Shown here piece after piece: positions 1 through 10,063 of a stretch of DNA of 64,000 bases (positions are counted from its first letter, which is position 1; the number at the start of each line of letters is the position of its first letter). Origin of the DNA: Gammaproteobacteria bacterium (GTDB lineage: Bacteria > Pseudomonadota > Gammaproteobacteria > JAJFKG01). The translations under genes and the position numbers were made by a program. The notes under the pieces were generated by a model. The model saw only the letters and a list, made by a program, of their open reading frames with translations. It was not told where the DNA came from and searched no databases. Location: NCBI GenBank assembly GCA_021773335.1, contig JAJFKG010000006.1:99409-163408 (forward strand). Reading direction: 5' to 3'.

Positions 1-433
1 CACTTAACACTGTCTGCAGCAATTGATCCATTTCATCCATCAATTGATGGTGATCGAAGCCCGGACGATACCATTCCAAAATAGTAAATTCACCATTGTG
101 TTGACGACCTTTTTCTTGATCACGAAATGCTTTACATATTTGATAGATAGATCCACTACCTGCTGCTAATAAACGCTTCATTGCAAACTCGGGAGACGTT
201 TGTAAATAAAAGCATTCGCCGAAGGTATTAGATTCACCAGGTTGGTGGTAAGCGGTTGCTAAACTATGTAAATGAATATCGGTGACGGTTGCATGTGAGA
301 GCAAAGGGGTTTCTACTTCTAACACATTGCGTTTAACAAAAAACTCTCGAATAGTCCGCAGCACTTGCGCACGTAATTGTAAATTGGCGAGTGACGCTGT
401 TGGCTGCCAATCGGGCTTGGTTATTTTGGGCAT
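1..433 (-). CDS. epmA: EF-P--(R)-beta-lysine ligase EpmA (PoxA/GenX), N-terminal part; the gene runs off the window start
   Basis: The reverse-complement translation of 433..1 reads [55 protein letters not shown]...[24 protein letters not shown]. This aligns closely with E. coli EpmA (...[21 protein letters not shown]...EWYRP...). The ATG lies 2 nt after the efp stop. It is not in the supplied ORF track because it is truncated by the window edge. Confidence 0.85.
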   Translation of the reverse strand, partial: MPKITKPDWQPTASLANLQLRAQVLRTIREFFVKRNVLEVETPLLSHATVTDIHLHSLATAYHQPGESNTFGECFYLQTSPEFAMKRLLAAGSGSIYQICKAFRDQEKGRQHNGEFTILEWYRPGFDHHQLMDEMDQLLQTVLS

Positions 434-435
434 GA

Positions 436-1005
436 CTATTTTTGTGCGCGTGAAACGTATTCACCTTTGCGCGTATCGACCTTAATGACTTCGCCTTCTT
501 GCACAAAGAGAGGCACTCGCACTATAGCACCTGTTTCTAACGTGGCAGGTTTAGTGCCCCCGCTTGCAGTATCACCTTTTAATCCAGGATCAGTTTCAGT
601 AATTTTCAATTCAACAAAATTCGGTGGGTCGATACTCAAGGGCACACCATTCCATAAGGTGACATTACACCGGTCTTCGCCTTTCAGCCACTTTTGCGCT
701 TCACCCATAGCAGTGGCTTCTGCGGCATGCTGCTCGTAAGTATCAGGCACCATGAAATGCCAATGCTCACCATCACAATAGAGATATTGCATCTCTATAT
801 CCATGACATCAGCAGCTTGCACAGATTCGCCTGATTTATAGGTTTTCTCAACCACGCGGCTGGTTTTTAAGTTACGCAACTTAACCCGGTTAAAGGCTTG
901 GCCTTTGCCGGGTTTTACAAATTCATTTTCAATGATCGCATAAGGATCGCCATCGATAAGTACTTTGAGACCGGATTTGAATTCATTAGTGCTGTAACTT
1001 GCCAT
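436..1005 (-). CDS. efp: translation elongation factor P
   Basis: 189 aa. Full-length similarity to EF-P, including the [16 protein letters not shown] loop that carries the modified Lys. Confidence 0.95.
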   Translation of the reverse strand: MASYSTNEFKSGLKVLIDGDPYAIIENEFVKPGKGQAFNRVKLRNLKTSRVVEKTYKSGESVQAADVMDIEMQYLYCDGEHWHFMVPDTYEQHAAEATAMGEAQKWLKGEDRCNVTLWNGVPLSIDPPNFVELKITETDPGLKGDTASGGTKPATLETGAIVRVPLFVQEGEVIKVDTRKGEYVSRAQK

Positions 1006-1170
1006 CGTTTACTATTCTCCATAGGATACACAGGTGGCAGCTATACTACCATAACCTGGCCTATTAGGACATAAGTCGAGACTTACGCAAGATGTCTCAA
1101 TCTTAGTATTTTGCGTAAGTCCCGATAAATGATAAAATGTTTTCTGTTTAACCAATACCGAATACAACGA

Positions 1171-2199
1171 ATGACGCAAACTTGCAAAAAAATTACTGCA
1201 GTCGATAAGCTAGGGTGGCAACAAGCTTTGCAGACTGCAATCAATGATCCTGCAGAATTACTGACTTATTTGCAAATTGAGCCCAGCTTAATACCACAAC
1301 TCCTGAAGCAGGCACACCTTGCCAGTCGCGAGTTTGCCTTGCGTGTGCCTCACAGTTTTGCCCAACGCATGCAAAAAGGCGATTTACATGATCCTTTGCT
1401 ACGCCAAGTTTTACCTATTAGCGCAGAATTAGAATGCCAAGCAGGCTATAGTTATGATCCTCTCGGTGAACAAGCCGTCAATCCGCAAGCAGGTGTATTG
1501 CATAAATACCACGGACGTGTGCTGTTAACGATCGCAAGTAGCTGTGCGGTTAACTGCCGTTATTGTTTTCGTCGCCATTTCCCATACCAAGAAAACAACC
1601 CCGGGCGTAAAGGTTGGCAAGCGGCGCTGGACTATATCGCCGGCGATACCAGCATTCAAGAAGTCATCCTCAGTGGCGGTGATCCCTTATTGAATAGTGA
1701 CAAATGGCTTGCACAGCTTGCCAGCCAACTCGCCGCTATCAAACACGTTAAGACTTTACGTATCCATACACGTTTACCGATCGTAATACCACAACGGATC
1801 ACAGCTGAATTTATCGCTTGGTTTAATGGCTCACGCCTCAAACCAGTACTCGTGATACATTGTAATCATGCTCGAGAAATCGATGCCGAAGTTGCTGAAG
1901 CTATGCAACGCTTGCACACTGCGGGGATAACCTTACTCAACCAGTCAGTATTATTAAAAGGCGTTAACGATTGTGTTGATGTCTTATGTGAGCTGAGCGA
2001 ACGTTTATTTTTTATTAATGTGTTACCATACTACCTGCATATGTTAGATGCTGTCCAAGGCGCTGCACACTTTGCCGTTGACAAGGAAAAAGCTCGACGT
2101 ATTCATGAAAAGGTTTCACAGCAATTGCCTGGTTATTTAGTGCCTAAACTTGTAATGGAGCAAGCTGGGGCCAAAGCAAAACTAACCGTTAAGGATTAA
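1171..2199 (+). CDS. epmB: EF-P beta-lysylation protein EpmB (lysine 2,3-aminomutase family, radical SAM)
   Basis: The CAVNCRYCFRRHFPY radical-SAM motif and the LRVPHSF...PLLRQVLP block match E. coli YjeK/EpmB. The start is chosen at MTQTCKK (the ORF is open from 1129). Confidence 0.9.
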   Translation: MTQTCKKITAVDKLGWQQALQTAINDPAELLTYLQIEPSLIPQLLKQAHLASREFALRVPHSFAQRMQKGDLHDPLLRQVLPISAELECQAGYSYDPLGEQAVNPQAGVLHKYHGRVLLTIASSCAVNCRYCFRRHFPYQENNPGRKGWQAALDYIAGDTSIQEVILSGGDPLLNSDKWLAQLASQLAAIKHVKTLRIHTRLPIVIPQRITAEFIAWFNGSRLKPVLVIHCNHAREIDAEVAEAMQRLHTAGITLLNQSVLLKGVNDCVDVLCELSERLFFINVLPYYLHMLDAVQGAAHFAVDKEKARRIHEKVSQQLPGYLVPKLVMEQAGAKAKLTVKD

Positions 2200-2200
2200 T

Positions 2201-2881
2201 ATGTTTTTACGTTTAGAGGGACTAACTCAAAAGCTATTTTTACTCGCCAATATTGCCTGTGCGCTACTTATCTGTGGTTGGCTACTATTTGGTAATGGCA
2301 TGACAATGATCGCCAATTGGCTTGATTACGATTGGGCAACAGCTGAGTTATGGCGACGCGCAACCCTACTAGCATTTGCCGGAATTTACTTTATTCGTGT
2401 AGCATTTCATTTGTTTGTCACAGAACGTGATCCCATGAACTGGGATGAAACAGTTTCTTTAGCGATTATTTTATATTTATTTTTATGTGGTTTAGCTTTT
2501 TCCGGAGCAAAAGCACTGGCACCATTCGGCCTATGGGATAGCATCGCTATCTGTTTATATATTTTTGGTTCCTATCTAAATACGGTCTCAGAAGTACAGT
2601 GCATCTTGTGGCGGAATAAGCCCGGTAACAGTGAAAAGCTTTATACTGACGGATTATATAAACATGTTCGCCATATTAACTATACTGGCAATATCCTGTT
2701 ATTTACCGGATTTGCGATCGTGACCCACGATGTGTTCGCGTTACTTGTTCCAGTGTTCTGGACAGGTGGCTACATTACTTTTCAAATACCTATGATTGGC
2801 GGGTATCTCGAACAACGCTATGGCCAAGAATTTTTACGTTATCAGCAACGCACAAAAAAATTATTTCCGTTTATTTATTAA
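2201..2881 (+). CDS. polytopic membrane methyltransferase, isoprenylcysteine carboxyl methyltransferase / phospholipid methyltransferase (ICMT/PEMT, DUF1295-like) family
   Basis: 226 aa with multiple TM segments. C-terminal motifs GLYKHVRHINYTGNILL and EQRYGQEFLRYQQRTKK are typical of the ICMT/PEMT SAM-binding region. The start is 2 nt after the epmB stop. Confidence 0.6.
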   Translation: MFLRLEGLTQKLFLLANIACALLICGWLLFGNGMTMIANWLDYDWATAELWRRATLLAFAGIYFIRVAFHLFVTERDPMNWDETVSLAIILYLFLCGLAFSGAKALAPFGLWDSIAICLYIFGSYLNTVSEVQCILWRNKPGNSEKLYTDGLYKHVRHINYTGNILLFTGFAIVTHDVFALLVPVFWTGGYITFQIPMIGGYLEQRYGQEFLRYQQRTKKLFPFIY

Positions 2882-2894
2882 GTGATAATCTTCC

Positions 2895-3806
2895 ATGTTT
2901 AAACGTAACAAGCCACTTTTACAAACACTGCTTCAAGCCAAGTTTTACTTACAAAGTAACAAAGCCTGTAGAATACCAATCCGCCGCAGTGCATTAGCCG
3001 CAAGTGCTTTTTACACTTTACTTTTGCTTACTCTCTATAAAGTATTGCGAGTGACTCCTGCCTTTATTAACTATCTTTATACGCTGAGTGTTTTAATACT
3101 CATCGTATGGCCACTCTTAGCTATGTATATTTCGCGTCAACAAGCTAGCCTAAGTACGTTATTAGCGAAAGGCCTAACTAATAAACAATTGTCACACCTT
3201 GATGCCGCACGCCAAGTAAGCGATCAGCGCGGTGCCGTTTGGCAATTTACATTTTTACGTATTATAGGTGGTATAGGCGTATTTAATCTGCAAAAACCCG
3301 GTTATTTCGGTTGGTTAGTTAGCAAACGTTTTGCCTATTTACATGGCCGCTGGGCTGAGGTGCGACATTTTTTACTACCAGCACTAATGATCGAGCGGCA
3401 TAACTTTCAACAAACCACTGCAAAGCTTCAGTCATTGCTATTACAAAATCCTAGGCGCATTGCGCTCATAACCCACATCGATTATCTCTTTCGTATTGTT
3501 GGGATACTTGTCGGTCCCATCAATATGTTATGCCTCTTAGTGGGTGTTGTGCTTGGCCATTATTTCGCGACCGACTTACCTAAAGATAGTTTATTTTTTA
3601 TTGGTAATTTTCACTTTTCGTGGATACCTGTTTACGGCTTATTAGCCATTGAATTGATCTTACTTGGAATCGCTTACATCATTTTAACCATGCTACAAAC
3701 CTGCTGCGCCAGTATTGCTTATTTAGCATTATTCCATCCGCATACCTTAAGCGATAAGTACCGAAAAGCTGCACAGCAGTGGTTGGCTACGTTAAACATC
3801 ACTTAA
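2895..3806 (+). CDS. hypothetical polytopic inner-membrane protein (303 aa), no recognisable family
   Basis: Long ORF rich in hydrophobic segments. It lies 13 nt after the preceding gene in an AT-rich stretch. Confidence 0.5.
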   Translation: MFKRNKPLLQTLLQAKFYLQSNKACRIPIRRSALAASAFYTLLLLTLYKVLRVTPAFINYLYTLSVLILIVWPLLAMYISRQQASLSTLLAKGLTNKQLSHLDAARQVSDQRGAVWQFTFLRIIGGIGVFNLQKPGYFGWLVSKRFAYLHGRWAEVRHFLLPALMIERHNFQQTTAKLQSLLLQNPRRIALITHIDYLFRIVGILVGPINMLCLLVGVVLGHYFATDLPKDSLFFIGNFHFSWIPVYGLLAIELILLGIAYIILTMLQTCCASIAYLALFHPHTLSDKYRKAAQQWLATLNIT

Positions 3807-3822
3807 TACGCAACTGGGTTGC

Positions 3823-3850
3823 ATATCAAGGCTACGATTGCCTGATGCTT
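3823..3850. repeat. degenerate solo REP-like palindrome (GCATATCAAGGCTACGATTGCCTGATGC)
   Basis: An imperfect inverted repeat that carries the TATCAAGGCTAC tail shared with the REP clusters at 11996-12250 and 57130-57310. It sits just after the stop of the 2895..3806 gene. Confidence 0.4.
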
Positions 3851-3943
3851 ATAACCTTATGTGTACACTTATATAAATTGCCTCACTAAACACGCGTATG
3901 CTAACATCCACCTATTATCTATCTTATCAATCAGAGGAATGGC

Positions 3944-4645
3944 ATGGCGGGCTTCAATAAATGTGTCGATAATTATGCTCAAGCACTTTCTGGCCTAACC
4001 AATAATATGACTGTCATGGTCGGTGGCTTTGGTCTATGTGGCATCCCCGAAGGTTTAATTAAGACTGTTTATGAGAATGGCATAATGGGTTTGAGGTGCA
4101 TTTCAAACAATGCCGGCGTCGATGGTTTTGGCTTGGGGCTTTGGCTAGAAAAACGTCAAATCAAAACTATGATTGGATCCTATGTCGGTGAAAATGCCTT
4201 ATTTGAACAACTCTCAATTAGCGGTGAAATGGAAGTAATTCTCACCCCACAAGGTACGCTAGCCGAAAAGATTCGTGCTGGTGGGGCAGGCATACCTGCT
4301 TTTTACACCGCAACCGGTTACGGCACTCCGGTAGCAGAAGGCAAAGAAATAAAAGCATTTAATGGCAAACCGTATGTGCTTGAAGAATCCTTCTTTGCTG
4401 ACTTTGCTCTCGTTAAAGCTTGGAAAGCCGACACCATGGGCAACCTAATCTATCGCAAAACCGCGATGAATTTTAATCCCATGATGGCGACTGCGGCCAA
4501 AATAACTGTTGCCGAAGTTGAAGAAATTGTTGCGCCGGGTGAATTGGATCCTGAAAACATTCACACGCCGGGCATTTATGTCAATCGTGTGATTAAAGGC
4601 TCATTTGAAAAACGTATCGAACAACGCACCATTAAAACTAGTTAG
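3944..4645 (+). CDS. scoA: 3-oxoacid CoA-transferase subunit A (succinyl-CoA:3-ketoacid CoA transferase, ScoA/AtoD-like)
   Basis: 233 aa with the characteristic CoA-transferase family I alpha-subunit sequence ([10 protein letters not shown]...). Confidence 0.9.
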   Translation: MAGFNKCVDNYAQALSGLTNNMTVMVGGFGLCGIPEGLIKTVYENGIMGLRCISNNAGVDGFGLGLWLEKRQIKTMIGSYVGENALFEQLSISGEMEVILTPQGTLAEKIRAGGAGIPAFYTATGYGTPVAEGKEIKAFNGKPYVLEESFFADFALVKAWKADTMGNLIYRKTAMNFNPMMATAAKITVAEVEEIVAPGELDPENIHTPGIYVNRVIKGSFEKRIEQRTIKTS

Positions 4646-4653
4646 GGATCAAC

Positions 4654-5313
4654 ATGGCATTAAGCAGAGAACAGATCGCTCAACGCATCGCCCAAGAATT
4701 ACAGGATGGTTACTACGTCAATCTTGGTATCGGCATTCCTACCTTGGTCGCCAATTATATTCCGGAGGGCATGCATGTCATGTTGCAATCGGAAAACGGT
4801 TTGCTCGGCATGGGTGAATTTCCCACAGAAGCAACTATTGATCCTGATTTGATTAATGCTGGTAAACAAACGGTGACCGCCGCCACCGGTGCTTGTTATT
4901 TTTCATCAGCCGATAGCTTTGCTATGATCCGTGGCGGCCATATTGACTTAACTGTGCTAGGCGCTTTTGAAGTTGATCAGACCGGTAGCATTGCCTCTTG
5001 GATGATACCTGGTAAATTGATTAAAGGCATGGGTGGCGCAATGGATTTAGTCGCTGGCGCGCATAACATTGTTGTTGCCATGGCGCACGCTAATAAAAAG
5101 GGCGAATCTAAACTCTTAGAAAAATGCACCCTACCACTAACCGGCGTACACTGTATCAAGAAAATCGTCACCGATCTCGCGTGCTTGGAAATCAAAGAGG
5201 GTGCTTTTCATTTGCTTGAGCGCGCCCCAGGTGTGGAAGTTGAGACCATCAAACAGCTGACTGCCGGCAAGTTAGTTATTCCGACTAATGTGCCAGAAAT
5301 GTGTTTTGATTAA
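4654..5313 (+). CDS. scoB: 3-oxoacid CoA-transferase subunit B (ScoB/AtoA-like)
   Basis: 219 aa beta-subunit family sequence (...LGIGIPT...SENG...), starting 9 nt after scoA. Confidence 0.9.
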   Translation: MALSREQIAQRIAQELQDGYYVNLGIGIPTLVANYIPEGMHVMLQSENGLLGMGEFPTEATIDPDLINAGKQTVTAATGACYFSSADSFAMIRGGHIDLTVLGAFEVDQTGSIASWMIPGKLIKGMGGAMDLVAGAHNIVVAMAHANKKGESKLLEKCTLPLTGVHCIKKIVTDLACLEIKEGAFHLLERAPGVEVETIKQLTAGKLVIPTNVPEMCFD

Positions 5314-5357
5314 ATAATTCAGCGTGCCCCTTTACGAGATGTCTTTAAAAAGTCACC

Positions 5358-6734
5358 TCACAGAATATAACGGCTTAAATCTTCATCCTGCGCCAAGTCA
5401 GTTAAAAACTTGTTAACATAAGCCGCATTGATAGCGACACTATCACCACCCATATCGGATGCTTTGAAGGATAAGTCTTCAAATAAACGTTCCATCACTG
5501 TGTGTAAACGCCGTGCACCAATATTTTCTGCCTGCTCGTTGACTTGCCAGGCGATTTCCGCAAGACGCTGGATAGCATCGTCATGGAACTCAACACTTAC
5601 ACCTTCGGTTTGCAGCAAGGCAGAATATTGCTTAGTCAGTGAGGCATCGGGCTCAGTTAAGATACGCTTGAAGTCTTCAGTCTTCAGAGCATCAAGCTCA
5701 ACACGGATCGGTAAACGGCCTTGCAACTCAGGAATCAAGTCAGATGGCTTAGTCAGGTGAAAAGCACCAGAGGCGATAAATAAAATATGATCGGTATTAA
5801 TCATGCCATATTTGGTTGAGACAGTACAACCTTCAACTAGTGGCAATAGATCGCGTTGCACACCTTCTCGCGAAACATCGGCGCCACTGCTATGGTCCGC
5901 ACGCCGACAGACTTTATCGATTTCATCGATAAATACAATACCGTGCTGCTCAACACTCTCTAATGCTTGTGCTTTTACATCATCATCATTCGTTAATTTA
6001 GCCGCCTCTTCTTCTTGCAGTACTTTGAAAGCAGCTTTAACTTTCATTTTACGCGCTTTGGTTGGGCGCGAGGACGACATATTTTGGAACATGTCTTGTA
6101 ATTGCGAAGTCATTTCTTCCATGCCTGGGGGCGCCATGATTTCAACACCAATCTGTGTACCAACCACTTCGATCTCAATGTCTTTATCGTCCAATGCACC
6201 CTCGCGCAATTTCTTACGGAAGACTTGCCGTGTATGCGAATCTTTTTCTGCTTTTTTCTCACTTTCTTCGCTGGGCTCACCCTCAAACCCGCGTGCCGGA
6301 GGTAACAATGCATCTAAAATACGCTCTTCTGCAGCTTCTTCGGCAACATGCCTAAATTTATTCATTTCTTCTTCGCGCGTTTGCTTAATGGCTAAATCCA
6401 TTAAATCACGCACTATTGATTCAACATCACGCCCTACATAACCAACTTCAGTAAACTTAGTCGCTTCGACTTTGATGAAAGGCGCGCGCGCCAAACGCGC
6501 CAAGCGTCGCGCGATTTCCGTTTTACCTACTCCAGTAGGACCGATCATTAAGATATTTTTAGGCGTAATTTCCGCACGCAATTCTTCGTCAACTTGCATA
6601 CGTCGCCAGCGATTACGCAGTGCGATCGCTACTGCACGTTTTGCCTTATCTTGGCCCACAATAAAACGATTTAATTCATGGACGATTTCTTTAGGAGTCA
6701 TAACGGTGCGGTTTGAAAGTGTTTCAGACATCAT
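5358..6734 (-). CDS. hslU: ATP-dependent protease ATPase subunit HslU
   Basis: [34 protein letters not shown]...[15 protein letters not shown] aligns with E. coli HslU. The ORF is open to 6776 but that first codon is TTG, so the start is set at the internal ATG-ATG (MMSETLS); the exact start is uncertain. Confidence 0.9.
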   Translation of the reverse strand: MMSETLSNRTVMTPKEIVHELNRFIVGQDKAKRAVAIALRNRWRRMQVDEELRAEITPKNILMIGPTGVGKTEIARRLARLARAPFIKVEATKFTEVGYVGRDVESIVRDLMDLAIKQTREEEMNKFRHVAEEAAEERILDALLPPARGFEGEPSEESEKKAEKDSHTRQVFRKKLREGALDDKDIEIEVVGTQIGVEIMAPPGMEEMTSQLQDMFQNMSSSRPTKARKMKVKAAFKVLQEEEAAKLTNDDDVKAQALESVEQHGIVFIDEIDKVCRRADHSSGADVSREGVQRDLLPLVEGCTVSTKYGMINTDHILFIASGAFHLTKPSDLIPELQGRLPIRVELDALKTEDFKRILTEPDASLTKQYSALLQTEGVSVEFHDDAIQRLAEIAWQVNEQAENIGARRLHTVMERLFEDLSFKASDMGGDSVAINAAYVNKFLTDLAQDEDLSRYIL

Positions 6735-6778
6735 ATTATTCTCAAATTTACTCAGTGTGTTAGGGACTGTTGACAATG

Positions 6779-7321
6779 TTATTCTGCTTTTAATTCTTCT
6801 ATGGTTAAACTATGGTTGGTGTAAATACAAATATCGCCAGCAATCGTCAAACCTTTTTCAACGATCTTGCGCGCATCTAATTTCGTATTTTCCAGTAACG
6901 CACGTGCGGCAGCACGCGCATAGTCACCACCAGAACCAATCGCAATCAAGCTATCTTCAGGTTCAATCACATCACCATTACCTGTGATAATCAATGAGGC
7001 ACTATGATCAGCAACGGCAAGTAATGCCTCCAAACGACGCAGCATCCGATCTGTACGCCAATCTTTGGCTAATTCCACCGCAGCACGGGTTAAGTGGCCA
7101 TGATGCATTTCTAACTTGCCTTCAAAGCGTTCAAATAAAGTAAAGGCATCTGCTGTTCCGCCGGCAAAACCTGCAATCACTTTATCATGATACAGGCGCC
7201 GCACTTTACGTGCATTGCCTTTCATAATGGTATTGCCTAGCGATACTTGGCCATCACCACCGATCACGACTTTACCATTACGGCGCACCGATAAAATGGT
7301 CGTTCCGCGATATTGTTGCAA
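6779..7321 (-). CDS. hslV: ATP-dependent protease peptidase subunit HslV
   Basis: [37 protein letters not shown]... is near-identical in pattern to E. coli HslV. The annotated first codon is TTG. An N-terminal Thr nucleophile follows a short leader. Confidence 0.9.
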   Translation of the reverse strand: MQQYRGTTILSVRRNGKVVIGGDGQVSLGNTIMKGNARKVRRLYHDKVIAGFAGGTADAFTLFERFEGKLEMHHGHLTRAAVELAKDWRTDRMLRRLEALLAVADHSASLIITGNGDVIEPEDSLIAIGSGGDYARAAARALLENTKLDARKIVEKGLTIAGDICIYTNHSLTIEELKAE

Positions 7322-7390
7322 TGTTATCTCCTCGATATTAGTGAAAACTGAAAAATCGAATCATGCTATATGGGGATGACTACCCGCTTT

Positions 7391-8119
7391 TCAAGTGACA
7401 GAATGCTTCAGCATTAAGCTTTTTTTATGGAACTTTACTGCAAGGTTGTCCTGGTCTTTTTTTGCGCCATCCTTGCTCGCATAGGGTCCGAGCCAAACCC
7501 GAAACCATTGCTGCCCTTGGCTATTCTTGTAGGTTTTCACACTGGCCTTGAAACCCTGCTGTGATAATTTCTCACGTAAGTGTTCGGCATCTTGGCGTTG
7601 CGCAAAAGCAGCTACCTGCAACACGTACTCTTGCTGCTGAGTTTTAGTCGCGTGCATATGTGTCGTTGCATTCTCATTAACTGTATTGTTAACCAATGCT
7701 GGTGTTATCTGTTGTTGATTATTGTCTGTTGGGACTTGTGTCGTCTGCAACAAGGTATAAAAATCAAAGTCTTGTTGGGTTGAAGCTAGCGATTGTTTAT
7801 TGCTTTTCTGGTGTGCGTTTTTCAGCGTCATTGGCATCTTAATTTTCTGTGCATGCTTTTTAGCGTTTGTTTTTGTAGGCGCGGTACCAACCTCTTTTTT
7901 GACATGCTCAACCGTAGCTTCTTGCTGCATAAAAACAAAACCACCAATGAGCAAGGCTGCAAGTAATGCGCAAAACAACCATAGACGCGAACGCCAGGGA
8001 AATTGGCTAGCTCGACGTTCATTGTTTTGGGCATACGCCTCCTGTTCGGCGTCTATCTTTGGCGTTGCACTATGTGCGCGCGGTTGTTTGCGGCTCTTTG
8101 GAGCATAGTCTTTTGCCAT
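7391..8119 (-). CDS. SPOR-domain cell-division protein (FtsN/DedD-like)
   Basis: An N-terminal TM segment, a low-complexity Q/N/T-rich linker, and a C-terminal SPOR domain (YVLQVAAFAQRQDAEHLREKL...WFRVWLGPYASKDGAKK). It lies immediately downstream of argS. Confidence 0.75.
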   Translation of the reverse strand: MAKDYAPKSRKQPRAHSATPKIDAEQEAYAQNNERRASQFPWRSRLWLFCALLAALLIGGFVFMQQEATVEHVKKEVGTAPTKTNAKKHAQKIKMPMTLKNAHQKSNKQSLASTQQDFDFYTLLQTTQVPTDNNQQQITPALVNNTVNENATTHMHATKTQQQEYVLQVAAFAQRQDAEHLREKLSQQGFKASVKTYKNSQGQQWFRVWLGPYASKDGAKKDQDNLAVKFHKKSLMLKHSVT

Positions 8120-8120
8120 C

Positions 8121-9905
8121 TTACATCCTTGTTGGCGCTGATACGCCGAGTAAGGTTAAACCATTTTTAAGGACTTGCTGCACGGCTTGGATTAAACATA
8201 TGCGCGCATTACGCAAGCTGGCGTCAGTCACAATAAATTGATGCGCATTATAGTAACTATGAAACTCATGGGCTAATTCACGTAGATAATGGGCAATAAT
8301 ATGTGGTTCATAATCACGTGCCGCATTGTGTACTATCTCAGGGTACCGCGCCATACATTTTAAAAGACTCTTTTCTTGTTCTTCTTGCAATGCATTTAAG
8401 TTATGCATACCTTGTTCAGCATCCCATTCGATTTGCTTATCCTGGAGTTGGCGCATCACACTGCTGACGCGCGCATGCGCATATTGAATATAGTAAACCG
8501 GATTATCATTCGATTGTGATTTTGCAAGTTCCAAATCAAAATCCATGTGTTGCTCGTGCTTGCGCATCACATAGAAAAAGCGTGCAGCATCTTTACCAAC
8601 TTCATCACATAGTTCACGCAAAGTCACAAACTCCCCACTGCGCGTGGACATTTGCACACGCTCTTTACCGCGATACAAAATTGCAAATTGCACTAAGGGT
8701 GAAGCGAAGCGCTTAACGTCAATTCCCGCCGCTTGCAAAAAAGCTTTGATGCGTGGGACATAGCCATGGTGATCTGAGCCCAAAACATCAATTACACGGT
8801 CATAACCACGTGAAAATGTCTCTAAATGATAGGCAACATCAGAGGCAAAATACGTGGACTGGCCATTTTCACGCACTAATACCCGATCTTTTTCGTCGCC
8901 TAAGCTCGTCGCTTGAAACCACAATGCACCACCACGCTCATAGGTATAACCAGCCGCCCTTAGGCGCTCAATACCATCCGTGATTGCATTACGTTCTGCT
9001 AGGCCGCGCTCTGAATACCATTGCTGGTATTGCACACCAAAAGCCGCCAAATCATTTTGAATGCCATGCCGAATCGTATCTAAACCAAACGCAAATACGC
9101 GTTGATAATCAGTAGCACCCAATAGGGTTTTCGCGCGTTCGATCAAGGCGTCAATATTTGCCTCTTTATCACCACTGATGACTTCACCTGTTTTTTCATC
9201 GACACAAGCGTCTGCTGGCAAATCGCTAAAAACTGCGGCACTTGGGTGCCGTAACTGCGCACCACACTGCTCCTGTAATTGCTGAGCGATAGCAATCACA
9301 TAATCACCTTTATAACCATTACAAGGAAAGCTAATGTCTTCACCGCAAAGCTCGAGGTAACGCAACCAAACACTCACGGCCAGAATATTCATCTGGCGAC
9401 CAGCATCATTGAGGTAATATTCACGATGTACTTGATAACCAACTGCTGCTAATACATCAGCCAAAGCGGCACCATAGGCCGCGCTACGCCCGTGACCAAC
9501 GTGCAAAGGTCCGGTAGGATTTGCCGACACAAATTCAACATGAATACGTTGTCCGGCGTATCTAGTCGAACGCCCATAATCATCTCGCTCGGCAAATACT
9601 TGCTTGATGATTTCGTACTGGGCTTGCGGTGTCAAAAAGAAATTAATAAAACCTGGCCCGGCAATATTTACCTTAGCAACGCAGCCTGATGCCGGTAAAT
9701 TTTTAACCAACAACTCTGCTAATTCACGTGGCTTGCGCTTAGCAGGCTTCGCCAACATTAACGCGATATTGCTCGCAAAATCACCAAATTTATTATCGCG
9801 CGCCTGTTCTACCTGCGGTGAGACTGATAACCCATCATCAAGCACGCCTTGTGCCTGTAACTCTTTGATTGCATGGTTAATTAGCCCTGTTATGTGTATT
9901 TTCAT
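8121..9905 (-). CDS. argS: arginine--tRNA ligase
   Basis: 594 aa with the class I aaRS HVGH motif (PTGPLHVGHGRSAAYG) and the ArgS family architecture. Confidence 0.95.
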   Translation of the reverse strand: MKIHITGLINHAIKELQAQGVLDDGLSVSPQVEQARDNKFGDFASNIALMLAKPAKRKPRELAELLVKNLPASGCVAKVNIAGPGFINFFLTPQAQYEIIKQVFAERDDYGRSTRYAGQRIHVEFVSANPTGPLHVGHGRSAAYGAALADVLAAVGYQVHREYYLNDAGRQMNILAVSVWLRYLELCGEDISFPCNGYKGDYVIAIAQQLQEQCGAQLRHPSAAVFSDLPADACVDEKTGEVISGDKEANIDALIERAKTLLGATDYQRVFAFGLDTIRHGIQNDLAAFGVQYQQWYSERGLAERNAITDGIERLRAAGYTYERGGALWFQATSLGDEKDRVLVRENGQSTYFASDVAYHLETFSRGYDRVIDVLGSDHHGYVPRIKAFLQAAGIDVKRFASPLVQFAILYRGKERVQMSTRSGEFVTLRELCDEVGKDAARFFYVMRKHEQHMDFDLELAKSQSNDNPVYYIQYAHARVSSVMRQLQDKQIEWDAEQGMHNLNALQEEQEKSLLKCMARYPEIVHNAARDYEPHIIAHYLRELAHEFHSYYNAHQFIVTDASLRNARICLIQAVQQVLKNGLTLLGVSAPTRM

Positions 9906-10063
9906 TATCTATTTTCATGTTTAATCAATGGCCTAGCTGCGTATTATCTCTGCTTAGCAGAATCTTGCAAGCTTCTATACTTAAAATATGTCCATGTGGA
10001 GCCTCCAGCTGCGTGGAGGATGGCATAGGCAGCACATTGATAGCAATATATTAAGGTACAACC

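Noticed and set aside
4605-4817. 70-aa ORF bridging the scoA/scoB junction
   Set aside because: It overlaps two well-supported CoA-transferase subunit genes in a different frame, and it has an Arg/His-rich composition.
5803-6441. 212-aa plus-strand ORF (and several 60-110 aa ORFs) antisense to hslU; similar antisense or shadow ORFs lie inside argS, icmF, uvrD, MFS and PiT genes (e.g. 8753..8983, 12682..12903, 17581..17898, 43563..43787)
   Set aside because: They are fully embedded in strongly supported genes on the opposite strand, have Ser/Cys/Arg-rich low-complexity translations and no motif. They are typical shadow ORFs of GC-skewed codons.
9985-10030. Overlapping TGGAG/CTCCA palindromes and a TGGCAT...GCAC stretch upstream of the PilT/PilU gene, considered as a sigma-54 promoter or regulator site
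   Set aside because: It does not fit the TGGCAC-N5-TTGCW spacing or consensus. A short GC hairpin alone is insufficient.
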